64,000 bases of DNA from Vulcanimicrobiota bacterium. Its GTDB lineage: Bacteria > Vulcanimicrobiota > Vulcanimicrobiia > Vulcanimicrobiales > Vulcanimicrobiaceae. The notes below the pieces were generated by a model that was given only the letters and a program-made list of their open reading frames with translations, did no database searches and was not told the origin of the DNA. The stretch lies in NCBI GenBank assembly GCA_963786105.1, contig CAWAXX010000012.1, forward strand, positions 128,001 to 192,000, read 5' to 3'. Positions 31,060 to 42,653 of the stretch are shown piece by piece. Within the stretch, counting starts at the first letter, position 1. Each line of letters opens with the position of its first letter. Both the position numbers and the translations under genes were made by a program.

Positions 31060-32387
31060 GACGCTTGCGCCCCGCGACGATTACGCGCCGCAAAAATGGC
31101 GTACGCCGGCAGACCCGTTAGAAGAATGCCGAGGCCGATCGAGGTATCGACCGGTGATTTAATCAGCACGTCGCCGACGATGCCCCACGCAGCCACGAGG
31201 AAGAGTAAAGTCGTCCACGGGTGTCCCGGCATGCGGAAGTACGGGCGTGGTGCTCTGGGATCGCGTGCGTCGCGATTGCGAAACACGATCAGCGCGATCG
31301 CCGAAAGGCCGAAAAACGAGTAGTCGACGCTCGTGACATAGTTGAGTATCTGATCGTATCGGCCCGATATCGTGATGACCGCAGCGACGGCACCTTGCAG
31401 GACGATCGCGATCACCGGTGCGTGCGTACGCGGGTCGACCCAGGCAAGCTGACGGAAAAACGTCTTGTCCGCGGCCATTTGAAAGTACACGCGAGGGGAC
31501 GTGAGAATTTGATTCCCCAGGAAACCCAGGGTGGAGAGCGCGACCACGACCGCCATAATCCGCGCGCCGACGGGTCCGAATGCGAGTTGGGCGATGGCTG
31601 ACGCCGGCGTTCTGGTCGCCGCCAGGCCGGCCGGACCCAACACGCGCAAGCACACGGCGTTGACTGCGAGGTACAGCGCCACGACGCTCAAAACGCCGAT
31701 CAACATTCCGCGTGGGAGGGTTCTCGCGGGATTTTTTAACTCGGCCGACATGAAACTTGCCGTCTGCCAGCCACTGTAAGCAAAGAGCACCGGCACCATG
31801 GCCAACCCCATGGCGGCAATCGTCGCCGACCCGCCAAACGTGCCCGCAGCCGGCACGGCAACCGGACCGCGGGTCGCGAATAACCCAACGGCGACGAAAC
31901 CTCCGATCGCGGCGATCTTGAGAAACATGAACGCGTTTTGCGTCGACGTTCCCGTTCGTACGCCCAATGCGTTGACGAGCGTAAACGCGGCAATCGCCGC
32001 CACGCCTAACACTTTAACCGAAACGTGAAGGCCGGTGAGCGGCTCGAAGTAGTTCGAAAACGTCACCGCCGCGGCCGCCATGCCGCCGCTCTGGGAAACC
32101 AGCAAGAGCGTCCATCCGTACGTGAACGCCAGGGCCGGATGAAACGCGTCGCGCATGTACGCATAGAGGCCGCCGTCGTGCGGACGCCGAGCGGCGAGCT
32201 CGGCGAAGATGCCGCCGCCGAGCAGCGCAATCGCTCCGCCTGCGATCCATACGATCATGATCAGCGCCGCGGTCGGAACGTAGCGCGCAACCACCGACGG
32301 GTTCATGAAAATCCCGGAACCGACGATGCCGCCCATCACGATCAGTGCGGCGTCGCGCGTCCCGAGTCGTCGTAGCAGCTGCGGCAT
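31056..32387 (-). CDS. APC family amino acid permease
   Basis: GGIVGSGIF, FAELAAR..GGLYAY and FAYSGW...ELKNP motifs. Confidence 0.92.
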   Translation of the reverse strand: MPQLLRRLGTRDAALIVMGGIVGSGIFMNPSVVARYVPTAALIMIVWIAGGAIALLGGGIFAELAARRPHDGGLYAYMRDAFHPALAFTYGWTLLLVSQSGGMAAAAVTFSNYFEPLTGLHVSVKVLGVAAIAAFTLVNALGVRTGTSTQNAFMFLKIAAIGGFVAVGLFATRGPVAVPAAGTFGGSATIAAMGLAMVPVLFAYSGWQTASFMSAELKNPARTLPRGMLIGVLSVVALYLAVNAVCLRVLGPAGLAATRTPASAIAQLAFGPVGARIMAVVVALSTLGFLGNQILTSPRVYFQMAADKTFFRQLAWVDPRTHAPVIAIVLQGAVAAVITISGRYDQILNYVTSVDYSFFGLSAIALIVFRNRDARDPRAPRPYFRMPGHPWTTLLFLVAAWGIVGDVLIKSPVDTSIGLGILLTGLPAYAIFAARNRRGAQAS

Positions 32388-33174
32388 CAGAGGTTCCCGG
32401 CCTCTTGCAAGGCCGTCGCGAACACCCGGTGAGCAAAATCGTCGACGAGCGCGGTGAACTCCTCGACGCTCTGCAGCGGAGCCGTATGGGTAGTACCGCG
32501 CACGATTCTCAGCCGGGCCTGAGGAAGCCGGTGCAAAAAGCGCCGCTCGTCCAAACGGAAGAAGAAATCGTATTCGCCATTGACGATGTCGACCGGTTTA
32601 GCGTAGGAGGCGAGCTCGTCGATCGCTCGGTGCTTGGAGCGAACGATCGCGCTGGTTCTGTAGAAGACGTCGCGGTCGAACGGAATCGCTTCCACAATGT
32701 CGAGCCATCGGTGCGGCAGCGTAACGTAGAGCGACAGATGCAACAACCCTTCGGCCCACGGGTCTGGAAGAAGTTGCGTCAAACGAACGCTGGCTCCGTA
32801 CGGCCACCACTTCCACGCCTCGAAGTCGACCGTGCATCCGGCCAGGAGCAGCCCGCTCGTGCGCTCCGGGAAGCGCGCGGCGTATCGCATCGCGACGAAA
32901 CCTCCCAGCGAGTAGCCGATTACCACCGGCGCACTCCCAACCACGTTATCGATGACGTCGTGTAAGAGCGTATCGAGACGCTCCTCGGTGAAGGGGATTC
33001 CGGCGAGCGCGCCGTGACCCGGCAGATCCAGCGTGACGACGTGATAGCGGCGAGCCAGCGCGTGCGCGTGCGGCTCCCAGATCTCGCGTCCGAGACGGAT
33101 GCCGTGCAAGAAGAGCAGTCCGGGGTTGCGCGGATCGCCGAATTCCGAAGATGCGGCTCGAACGTCGATCGCAA
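32387..33174 (-). CDS. Alpha/beta-fold hydrolase, with a probable frameshift near the N-terminus (33145-33146)
   Basis: FLHG, DLPGHG and GYSLGG nucleophile elbow, late His; AGGAGA RBS and TTG at 33174 lie one frame off. Confidence 0.75.
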
Positions 33175-33180
33175 GGTCTC

Positions 33181-33897
33181 CTAGGGGAGCGACTCGACGA
33201 CGTCGACGTACGATTTGAGGACGAACGAAAGGTGTCGCGACGGCAAGTCGAATCGGTCGAGCACGTAGCTGTGCGGATCGTACCACAGCGTTCCGAGTTT
33301 CCCGTCGAGTGTCACCGCGATGGAATCGTCGCGAGGTGGAACGCCGGAGGGCCTCGGCGCGGTGGCGGCCGACGCCGCCAACGGCACGGCGTCGTACTGG
33401 AGAAAGAGATTGGCGAGCGTTAAGCGAGCGGTCGTGTCGTCACGGAGCATGGTCGGAAGTTGAAAAAAGCTTGCGGCGTACGCGTCGAACACGGCAAACG
33501 GCGCGCCGGGCGACGCGACCAACGTCGTTTTCTTTTCGCTCTGCTCGATGACGGCTTTGTCGCCGGTAATCCGGACGGTAGTGAAGGCTCGTCCCCCGAT
33601 GTCGTCGGCGAATGAAAGCGCGGCGAGGGTGGTCGCATCGTACGTCCGTCGCGTAACCTCGGTGGCCTCCATCGGCTCCGCGTGTTCGTCGATGACGATC
33701 TTACCCGCGCCGCGCGTGACGACGATGCGGCTCTTCGATGCGGTTTGGCCGCTATCGATGACGGTGTACTCGTAGGTGCCGGTGGGGAGAATCGCGTTCG
33801 CCGCAGTCGCCGGCTTGTACGTTGCAAGTAACGCCGCTGCTAAAAAACCGCCGGCAACCCGGAGTTGCGGCAGCTTGGTGCGAATATTTCCGGCCAT
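33181..33897 (-). CDS. Hypothetical exported protein
   Basis: Signal-peptide-like N-terminus from ATG 33897; beta-rich composition; start uncertain. Confidence 0.6.
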   Translation of the reverse strand: MAGNIRTKLPQLRVAGGFLAAALLATYKPATAANAILPTGTYEYTVIDSGQTASKSRIVVTRGAGKIVIDEHAEPMEATEVTRRTYDATTLAALSFADDIGGRAFTTVRITGDKAVIEQSEKKTTLVASPGAPFAVFDAYAASFFQLPTMLRDDTTARLTLANLFLQYDAVPLAASAATAPRPSGVPPRDDSIAVTLDGKLGTLWYDPHSYVLDRFDLPSRHLSFVLKSYVDVVESLP

Positions 33898-34414
33898 GTT
33901 TGCAGCTATCGTCCTTTCCGCGCTCACGGTCGCCCAAGCGCAGCCACCCCCGACGTCCATGGCCCCGGTTGTTCCGGGGATGCAACAACCCCTGGAAACC
34001 GGACCGTGTCTGGATTCCCCGCGGCCGGTCCCGCGCGTGCTTCAGCCGCCGATCGAGCGCAACATGCAGGTCGTCCGCATCGATCGTGTCGAGTCAACCG
34101 CGACCCTGATGCCGGGCGAAGTCATCGGTTATCTCTACACCTTGGCCGACGGCTCCACGTGGCTGGGACAGCGCACGCCCCCGTACATGTCCGGGGCAGC
34201 AGCCTCGTCGGTTAACCAGGTGTTGAGCATGACCCACCTGCCGGGCCAGAATATTTCGGAGTTCCCCCCGGAGATGAAGCACGGCGTGGCGACCAAGTAC
34301 CAGCAGTTCTTCAGGGTCCAGATCGCGCCCGGCATGCTCTCGACCCTGCGAATCCAGGTCGTGCCGTGCGTCGCTTGGCCTGCCAACCGGCCGCTGCCCG
34401 ACCCGAGCATGTAG
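33896..34414 (+). CDS. Hypothetical exported Pro-rich protein
   Basis: MFAAIVLSALTVAQA signal-like segment; strong GC3 bias; two Cys. Confidence 0.6.
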   Translation: MFAAIVLSALTVAQAQPPPTSMAPVVPGMQQPLETGPCLDSPRPVPRVLQPPIERNMQVVRIDRVESTATLMPGEVIGYLYTLADGSTWLGQRTPPYMSGAAASSVNQVLSMTHLPGQNISEFPPEMKHGVATKYQQFFRVQIAPGMLSTLRIQVVPCVAWPANRPLPDPSM

Positions 34415-34427
34415 GGGCACTGGAACC

Positions 34428-34454
34428 TTAGCACCCGGCGCATCCGAGTGCTAA
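34428..34454 (+). promoter_or_regulatory. CIRCE (HrcA) operator upstream of hsp20-lon
   Basis: TTAGCACCC-N9-GAGTGCTAA, one mismatch from consensus. Confidence 0.9.
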
Positions 34455-34475
34455 GTTTGGGAGTCTAAGCAGAGA

Positions 34476-34868
34476 ATGGACTTCGTACTTCGGACCAGAC
34501 TCGGCACGTTCGAGCCTAACGCTGACGTCTTCGTCGACGAAGACTCGGGCCGGGTGGTGGCCATTGTGGAGGTAGCCGGCGCCGACCCAGAGACCCTCAG
34601 GGTCGGCGTCGACGAGCTGCACCTCTATATCAGCGGCCGCCGGCTCGAAGCGGTGCGTTTACGCAACGGTTCGTTCGTGCAAAAGGAAATTACGTACGGC
34701 GAGTTCGCCAAGCGCATTCACCTGCCGGTCGCGGTGGAATACGACGACGTCGCCGCGAGCTATGCCGACGGTCTCCTGATCATCGCGTTGCCGACCGCTG
34801 CGACCGCCTACCGGCCTACCTCGCGCACCGAACTCCACATTCTCGTGAAGAGGACCCACTCCAAATAG
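34476..34868 (+). CDS. Hsp20/alpha-crystallin small heat-shock protein
   Basis: PNADV, EITYGEFAKRIHLP and ASYADGLLIIALP motifs. Confidence 0.85.
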   Translation: MDFVLRTRLGTFEPNADVFVDEDSGRVVAIVEVAGADPETLRVGVDELHLYISGRRLEAVRLRNGSFVQKEITYGEFAKRIHLPVAVEYDDVAASYADGLLIIALPTAATAYRPTSRTELHILVKRTHSK

Positions 34869-34870
34869 TT

Positions 34871-37345
<2,475 letters not shown>

Positions 37346-37420
37346 ATCGCGAAGGAAGCTCTCCCAAACGCGCCGGCTGGGCGTGAGGTAATGCAAGTGC
37401 GCTCTGCGCGTGATCGCTAT

Positions 37421-37760
37421 CTAGGGGTTAACGGTTATCGTGCTTTGTCCGGTGTAATAGTTGCTTCCGTAGTAAACCTGTGCCGTTACGTAATACGTGC
37501 CCGGTGCCGTGGCGGAAAAGATCACCGCCTTACCCTTGTTACGAATAAGAATCTTTCCACCACTGGTATCCTAGCTCGCAGGAAGCCCAAAAAGATTGGC
37601 AGTCTCCCGAGGATCTCAATCGCAAGATAGCCGTGACTCCAAGTTCCTGATGGACGTTAATGGTCTTCATGGGCGGCTCGTCTTGACGTCGTTGCACGGA
37701 GCCGTCTGGGATTACGTGGCCGTGTAAAACTGCCGCGGGTTGAAGCGTCTCGCGGTTAGC
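37421..37760 (-). pseudogene. Decayed gene for an Ig-like/PKD-like domain protein
   Basis: Minus strand reads S*DTSGGKILIRNKGKAVIFSATAPGTYYVTAQVYYGSNYYTGQSTITVNP*, with an in-frame TAG and a frameshift upstream. Confidence 0.45.
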
Positions 37761-37812
37761 CGGACGGCGACCTGTCGCCCGATTTCGGCGCTGCGGCCGT
37801 AGCTGCTAAACC

Positions 37813-38103
37813 TCACTCATCGATGGTGTAGAGCCACCACCGCGATGTCTTGTGCCGTGATTCTCGATCGTAGTAGACTTCGAGCTTTGCGCCGGTGGCC
37901 GTTCCGAGCTCGTACCAGTGCCGTTTGAGATACACGTCGCCCCGGTCGGCCTTGGTGGACCTCCAGCTCCGTAGAACCACCGTTATCAGGAGAGTCCGGC
38001 TACCCCACATGAAAACTTGAGGCACCGGCGGCTCCCGCCCGCTCGCGGGCGTGATGAATCCATCGCTTGCGGGTACGAGCGGAGAGCTGACAAATTTTCG
38101 CAC
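37813..38103 (-). CDS. Small hypothetical protein (DUF6504-like)
   Basis: PxxFxW...W...RHWY...YYDR...WWL pattern; GTG start at 38103 is inferred. Confidence 0.55.
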   Translation of the reverse strand: MRKFVSSPLVPASDGFITPASGREPPVPQVFMWGSRTLLITVVLRSWRSTKADRGDVYLKRHWYELGTATGAKLEVYYDRESRHKTSRWWLYTIDE

Positions 38104-38200
38104 GGTTACTGGATCGTGGGGTATTCGACTAGATTTCCTGCTCGACGACGATTGCGCAGAACGTAGCGCTGCCGCTCGGCTCGTTCCCGATCGCCGACTC

Positions 38201-39286
38201 TCAGCGCGAGGCGACTGGGACGATCGGCGTCTTCTGGTTGCTCTCCATAGGCAGTTCTTGAATCTTGCCTCCAGCGGCAGCCAGCACCTTACGAAGGTCG
38301 ACACTCCTCAACGTCTGATCGGTGAACGTGCGATAGAAGAACTGCAGGTTCGTCAAGTCTTCTGCCGACGTCCATAACGTGTATTCGTCGACCGCTTTGC
38401 CTTGCACGGTGTCGCGCACCGCGCCGACCGGGATGTCGAAGTTGTTGAGAATATGGAAGACCTGCTCAACCGCATCGCCGGCGGTGTTGGGTTGCACGGC
38501 GGATTGCTGATAGGCAACTGCCCGCACGAAGCGTGACGGCGGCGTAAAATCGCCGGGTAAGCCGTAGAACCCCGATCCTTGACCGAAACCTGCTACCGTG
38601 TAGCCGTTGAGGTTCACCGAAGACCTGATCATCGGCGTCAATCCTACGTAATTGCTGAGATTGGTCAGGTGCCAATCGAACGTCGGTGAGTTCGTGAGAA
38701 CGCCCAACGGGTCGTCGTAGATCCGCAACTTGCCGTCGATCGGCTCGACCACGACCGCGGCGCCGGTACGATCGACGATGCGAAAGTGCACCGGCACCGC
38801 AATCCCCATCTGAGGGAGAACTGTGGGTGCGAGCGTGACGCGGTCGAAGGCGGCTTTCACCTCGGTGACGCTCGTGAAGTTCGCGAGGATCCAGTCGCTG
38901 TATTCGTATCCGGCCATGGCTTGGGACGCATTGGCCGGCGTTACGTCGGCGTACCCTGCGTAACCGGGAAAGAAGAACTCGCCAACGTACAGCCCGGCGT
39001 CGTTAAGACCATCGACGATGACCGGCAAACCAAACGCGTTTGCGCCGAGGAAACCGTGTTTAGCGGTGTACGTGATGCCTTTCGCGTCGTTCGGTAGCGT
39101 CCCCGTAAGGGTCGTTCCTTGCGGAATCGCGACGATCTGTGACTGAAGGTCCAGTCCGAATTCGAGCGTCCTGGCAACGACGACGGTGCCGTCTTTTGCC
39201 GTCAGTCGAATGCCGGTGCACGCCATTGCTGCCGTTCCTAGGCCGAACGCGATTGCTAAAAAGAGGACGGTCCAACGCAAACCCAT
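38201..39286 (-). CDS. Linear amide C-N hydrolase (choloylglycine hydrolase / penicillin V acylase, Ntn family)
   Basis: Signal peptide followed by catalytic CTG; ARTLEF, DGLNDAGL, LTNSPTFDWH and LPGDFTPPSRFVR motifs. Confidence 0.92.
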   Translation of the reverse strand: MGLRWTVLFLAIAFGLGTAAMACTGIRLTAKDGTVVVARTLEFGLDLQSQIVAIPQGTTLTGTLPNDAKGITYTAKHGFLGANAFGLPVIVDGLNDAGLYVGEFFFPGYAGYADVTPANASQAMAGYEYSDWILANFTSVTEVKAAFDRVTLAPTVLPQMGIAVPVHFRIVDRTGAAVVVEPIDGKLRIYDDPLGVLTNSPTFDWHLTNLSNYVGLTPMIRSSVNLNGYTVAGFGQGSGFYGLPGDFTPPSRFVRAVAYQQSAVQPNTAGDAVEQVFHILNNFDIPVGAVRDTVQGKAVDEYTLWTSAEDLTNLQFFYRTFTDQTLRSVDLRKVLAAAGGKIQELPMESNQKTPIVPVASR

Positions 39287-39302
39287 ACAATTCTCCTGAC
39301 GT

Positions 39303-40667
39303 TTATTCGGTATCGACCGGCCCGTTATCCGGGGCTCGGTGGAGGAAATACGCGCGCGATCGCTTCGATGGAATCGGCGAGAACGGAATCCGCGTTTGGC
39401 CGAAATGGAAAAGATTGCCGATGGACGTAGCGCGCGCGTCGGTGGTTCCGAGCGAGCCGAGCTTAAACGTCTGTTCGACGAACTTGAGCACGCTGCCGAA
39501 CTCGTACTGCGTGTGAGCGATCGAACCGGCAGATACGTACGGCGACACGACGATCATCGGCACGCGGAATCCCAATCCGCCGGCGTCGTCCAAAAATGCC
39601 GGCGGTTCGTGATCGTAAAAGCCGCCCCAGTCGTCCCAGAGAATGATAATGACCGTCGAGTTCCAGTATTTGCTCTCGCCGATCGCGTTGACGACTTGAG
39701 CCACCCACGACGGCCCGTCATCGACGCCGTGCGACGACCATGGATGATCCGAGTCGTGTGAACTCGGAATCACCCACGACACCATCGGAAGGTTGCCCGA
39801 GGAAACGTCGTTGAGGATGTTGGTTTCGGGAGTCGAGATGTTCGTGCTCCACTCGGAGCCGTTTTTCACCGCATCGATTGCGGCAAAAGCGTTCCACTGG
39901 ACGCCGATGGTGCTGTTCTTATAGGGCGGTGCGTAGTATTTCCACGAGACGCCGCGAGCATCCAGGAGATCGCGCAGCGTCCCCCTGGGATAGGTCAAAC
40001 ACGGAAACGGTCCTTTGTCGAAGCGATACTGGCCCGAAGTCGTTATCAACGATGTCTTCGTGCCCGGCGGCGCGTCGCATCCCCACGGCGAGCCTGAGGG
40101 GTCGTCGATCAGGCTGTCGGTCGCATCGATGCCCGTACCCCCGGCGATAAGGTCCTGATGGGCCGTAAAACTCCCGCTGCCTTGCGTTTGGAACACGTGA
40201 TCGGCGAGCACGTATTGCTGGGCTAACGTCCAATACGGTTGGATCTGTGACGGGTCGACGTACTGGTACGGATATTTGCCGGCTGGGTTGTTCCCGTCGA
40301 TATGGGAAAGGTCGAAACCGTCCATTTTTCCGCCGTCGTAGTCGGTCACGTACGTGTCGTAGTTGTGATTGATATCGCGCGCGACGAGAGGACGTTTCTG
40401 AAGCTGGACGACTTGACCGTTGTGGAGCGTACCGTGCGTCGTGCCGTCGGCGCCGGGAAACGTCGCGAACAGATTGTCGAAGCTTCGGTTCTCTTGGACG
40501 ATCAGCACGATGTGTCCGATCCGCGCGATTTTGCGGCCGTTGTCGGCGCGCGCAACGGTCGCGCCCGCCTCGGCCGGCGATAACGCCGTTCCCGCGCCAT
40601 TCGAACAACCGGCAAAAGCAAAGAGCGCTGCCGTCAATGCGCAGGGCAGCCCGCGCGGGACCTTCAT
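39303..40667 (-). CDS. Phosphoesterase (phospholipase C / AcpA-type) lipoprotein
   Basis: FAGC lipobox; QENRSFDNLF, SDHP, WDDWGGFYDH and GFRVP motifs; start reassigned to ATG 40667. Confidence 0.88.
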   Translation of the reverse strand: MKVPRGLPCALTAALFAFAGCSNGAGTALSPAEAGATVARADNGRKIARIGHIVLIVQENRSFDNLFATFPGADGTTHGTLHNGQVVQLQKRPLVARDINHNYDTYVTDYDGGKMDGFDLSHIDGNNPAGKYPYQYVDPSQIQPYWTLAQQYVLADHVFQTQGSGSFTAHQDLIAGGTGIDATDSLIDDPSGSPWGCDAPPGTKTSLITTSGQYRFDKGPFPCLTYPRGTLRDLLDARGVSWKYYAPPYKNSTIGVQWNAFAAIDAVKNGSEWSTNISTPETNILNDVSSGNLPMVSWVIPSSHDSDHPWSSHGVDDGPSWVAQVVNAIGESKYWNSTVIIILWDDWGGFYDHEPPAFLDDAGGLGFRVPMIVVSPYVSAGSIAHTQYEFGSVLKFVEQTFKLGSLGTTDARATSIGNLFHFGQTRIPFSPIPSKRSRAYFLHRAPDNGPVDTE

Positions 40668-40788
40668 GCGGGAGCCTACCGGGAGCGCGTTTACTTTCCT
40701 GCCGGCTACGCGTTCCTTTCTCGATTCCAGCTGACCGTTAATCCCGCGCCGCGGCGGCTTCGCCGATCGCGACGGCGAGCAGATTGCC

Positions 40789-41397
40789 TCAAGCGGACCG
40801 AATGAACTCCGTTGCCGCGTGACGGCGCCACGGGGGCACCGAGCCGATTTCACAAAACGCTATAAGCGACCTAACGGATTTGCCTCGATTCCGTCGAATT
40901 TCGTCGAAATCCAATGCGATCGTTCTATACCACGGCAGATATTGGTCCAACGTTTCTTCGCGGCGAACGCGGAGATCGTGCGCCTCGGTGTAACTCCACC
41001 GATCTCCGTACGCGCGCATAAAGCTTTCCTCAATCTTGACCGGGTCTCGAACGCAGCGAACGAACGTCGGATCGTTAAAGAACTCCAAGTAGTCTGGTAG
41101 CAAGTCGCAAGTCCTCGGGTCCTTCCATCCCCAAGGTTTCCCTAACGCGTTTCGTTCGTCTATAAGCGCCGATACGCGCCCGATCCAATCGACGCGCTCG
41201 ATTCGGCCGAAAGCGAGCGCCTCGTTGACCTCGACGAAATCGCAGTCCTCCCAATGACCGTAGGGATTTGTGCCGTGTGCCGGCACGAATCGCGAGCCCA
41301 TGAAAATCCCAAGTTCGCGCAGCACTCCGGCCACGCAGCTCGTGCCGCAACGACCTGGCCCAACCACGATTATGGGATCGTATGTGGGCCTAAGCAC
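40789..41397 (-). CDS. PAPS-dependent sulfotransferase family protein
   Basis: IIVVGPGRCGTS (5'-PSB-like), NPYGHWED, WGWKDPR and VRDP..IEES (3'-PB-like); GTG 41397 overlaps the upstream stop. Confidence 0.8.
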   Translation of the reverse strand: MLRPTYDPIIVVGPGRCGTSCVAGVLRELGIFMGSRFVPAHGTNPYGHWEDCDFVEVNEALAFGRIERVDWIGRVSALIDERNALGKPWGWKDPRTCDLLPDYLEFFNDPTFVRCVRDPVKIEESFMRAYGDRWSYTEAHDLRVRREETLDQYLPWYRTIALDFDEIRRNRGKSVRSLIAFCEIGSVPPWRRHAATEFIRSA

Positions 41398-42556
41398 TGG
41401 AGTCGACGGCGGCGTCTTTAATGAAGCCGGCAAGTTCGTTCGAGAACTGGGCGATCCAGTCGTCAAAACTCCGGACGAACCGAAATCGCAACTTCATGGC
41501 GCGCTGACGGTATTCCGGACATTCAACCTGAGAAACGACGGTCGGTGAAACGGATTCACTCAAGATCGCTTCTCGTACTTTTACGTAGTAGTCGTCTGAG
41601 AAATATGCATAAGCCACGCATAGGCGGTTGAATGCGTAGTTCAGAGCGTCTATGGTAAATGCTCGGTCGTTATTCGTGCCTTTCTTATAACGATGGTAAA
41701 CGATTACTCGAGGGTCCACGATATTATCACCACCCAAGCAGTAGTTCTGCAACGAGATCTGCACGTCTTCTACTCCCCAGTGTTTTATGACCGAAGCAAA
41801 TCCTCCGAGAGACGCAAAGTGCCGCTTACGAGTGAACATGAGACCGCCCGGCGCAAGCGGTTCCAAATACGGTTTGTCCGAGTAGGCGTAACCGTAATCG
41901 TGCCAGCCCGTGTGCAGATTACAATTCTGAACGATATATCCATACTGATGACCCTGATAGTCCGCCGGAACTTTGTCGTGATCGATATCGAATAACAGCC
42001 CGCTCACCAGGGCGCCGTCGGTGGAACCGTCGCACGTCTCGCGCAGATAGTCGAGCCAATAGTCGTGAACCAACACGTGGCTGTCGACGAAGCATAGATA
42101 GCGCCCTCTCGCGGCCTTTGCTCCGGTGTTTTTCGCAACGTTTGGCCCAAGTTGTCGACCGCCAGTATGAATGACGGACGTCTTATCGTTACAGGCGATG
42201 CCCTTCAGGCTGCCGTCGGTGCAGCCGTCGTCCACAACGACAATTTCATAGCGGAGGTTCGTTGCCGAGCGTAGTATCGATGCGACGGTCTCCCGTAGCC
42301 AAGCACCTTCGTTGTAACTGGGAACCACGATCGAGACGTCGACGGGATCGGCTCGACGCCTTCGCGTCGCGTTCCTGACGATCGCCGCCGCCGGAACGTT
42401 TGCGTGGGTCCCGTGCAACGACCGGAGAAACATCCATACAACCCTGATCGTAATAAGCGTGAAAGTCACTCCTGCCACGCAGACGATAGACCACAAGAGC
42501 CTTAGCCAGAAAGGGATATTTGGCGCCATCGGACCAAGCGTATTGAGCGCATTCAT
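41390..42556 (-). CDS. GT-A fold glycosyltransferase (GT2/GT27-like) with N-terminal TM anchor
   Basis: SIVVPSYNE, IVVVDDGCTD, CFVDSH, PGGLM, LGGF, WGVEDVQIS and VYHRYK motifs. Confidence 0.88.
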   Translation of the reverse strand: MNALNTLGPMAPNIPFWLRLLWSIVCVAGVTFTLITIRVVWMFLRSLHGTHANVPAAAIVRNATRRRRADPVDVSIVVPSYNEGAWLRETVASILRSATNLRYEIVVVDDGCTDGSLKGIACNDKTSVIHTGGRQLGPNVAKNTGAKAARGRYLCFVDSHVLVHDYWLDYLRETCDGSTDGALVSGLLFDIDHDKVPADYQGHQYGYIVQNCNLHTGWHDYGYAYSDKPYLEPLAPGGLMFTRKRHFASLGGFASVIKHWGVEDVQISLQNYCLGGDNIVDPRVIVYHRYKKGTNNDRAFTIDALNYAFNRLCVAYAYFSDDYYVKVREAILSESVSPTVVSQVECPEYRQRAMKLRFRFVRSFDDWIAQFSNELAGFIKDAAVDSSA

Positions 42557-42653
42557 ATTTGTCGAAATTTACCGACGGCGTGATTTATCGTCGGCGTGCG
42601 GGCGATGCGCGGGACGCTTCGAATTAAACGTTTAGTGCGAGAAACCTCGCCGT

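Noticed and set aside
37391..37630. 79-aa plus-strand ORF after lon
   Set aside because: It has no motif, and the opposite strand gives a more protein-like (decayed Ig-like) reading
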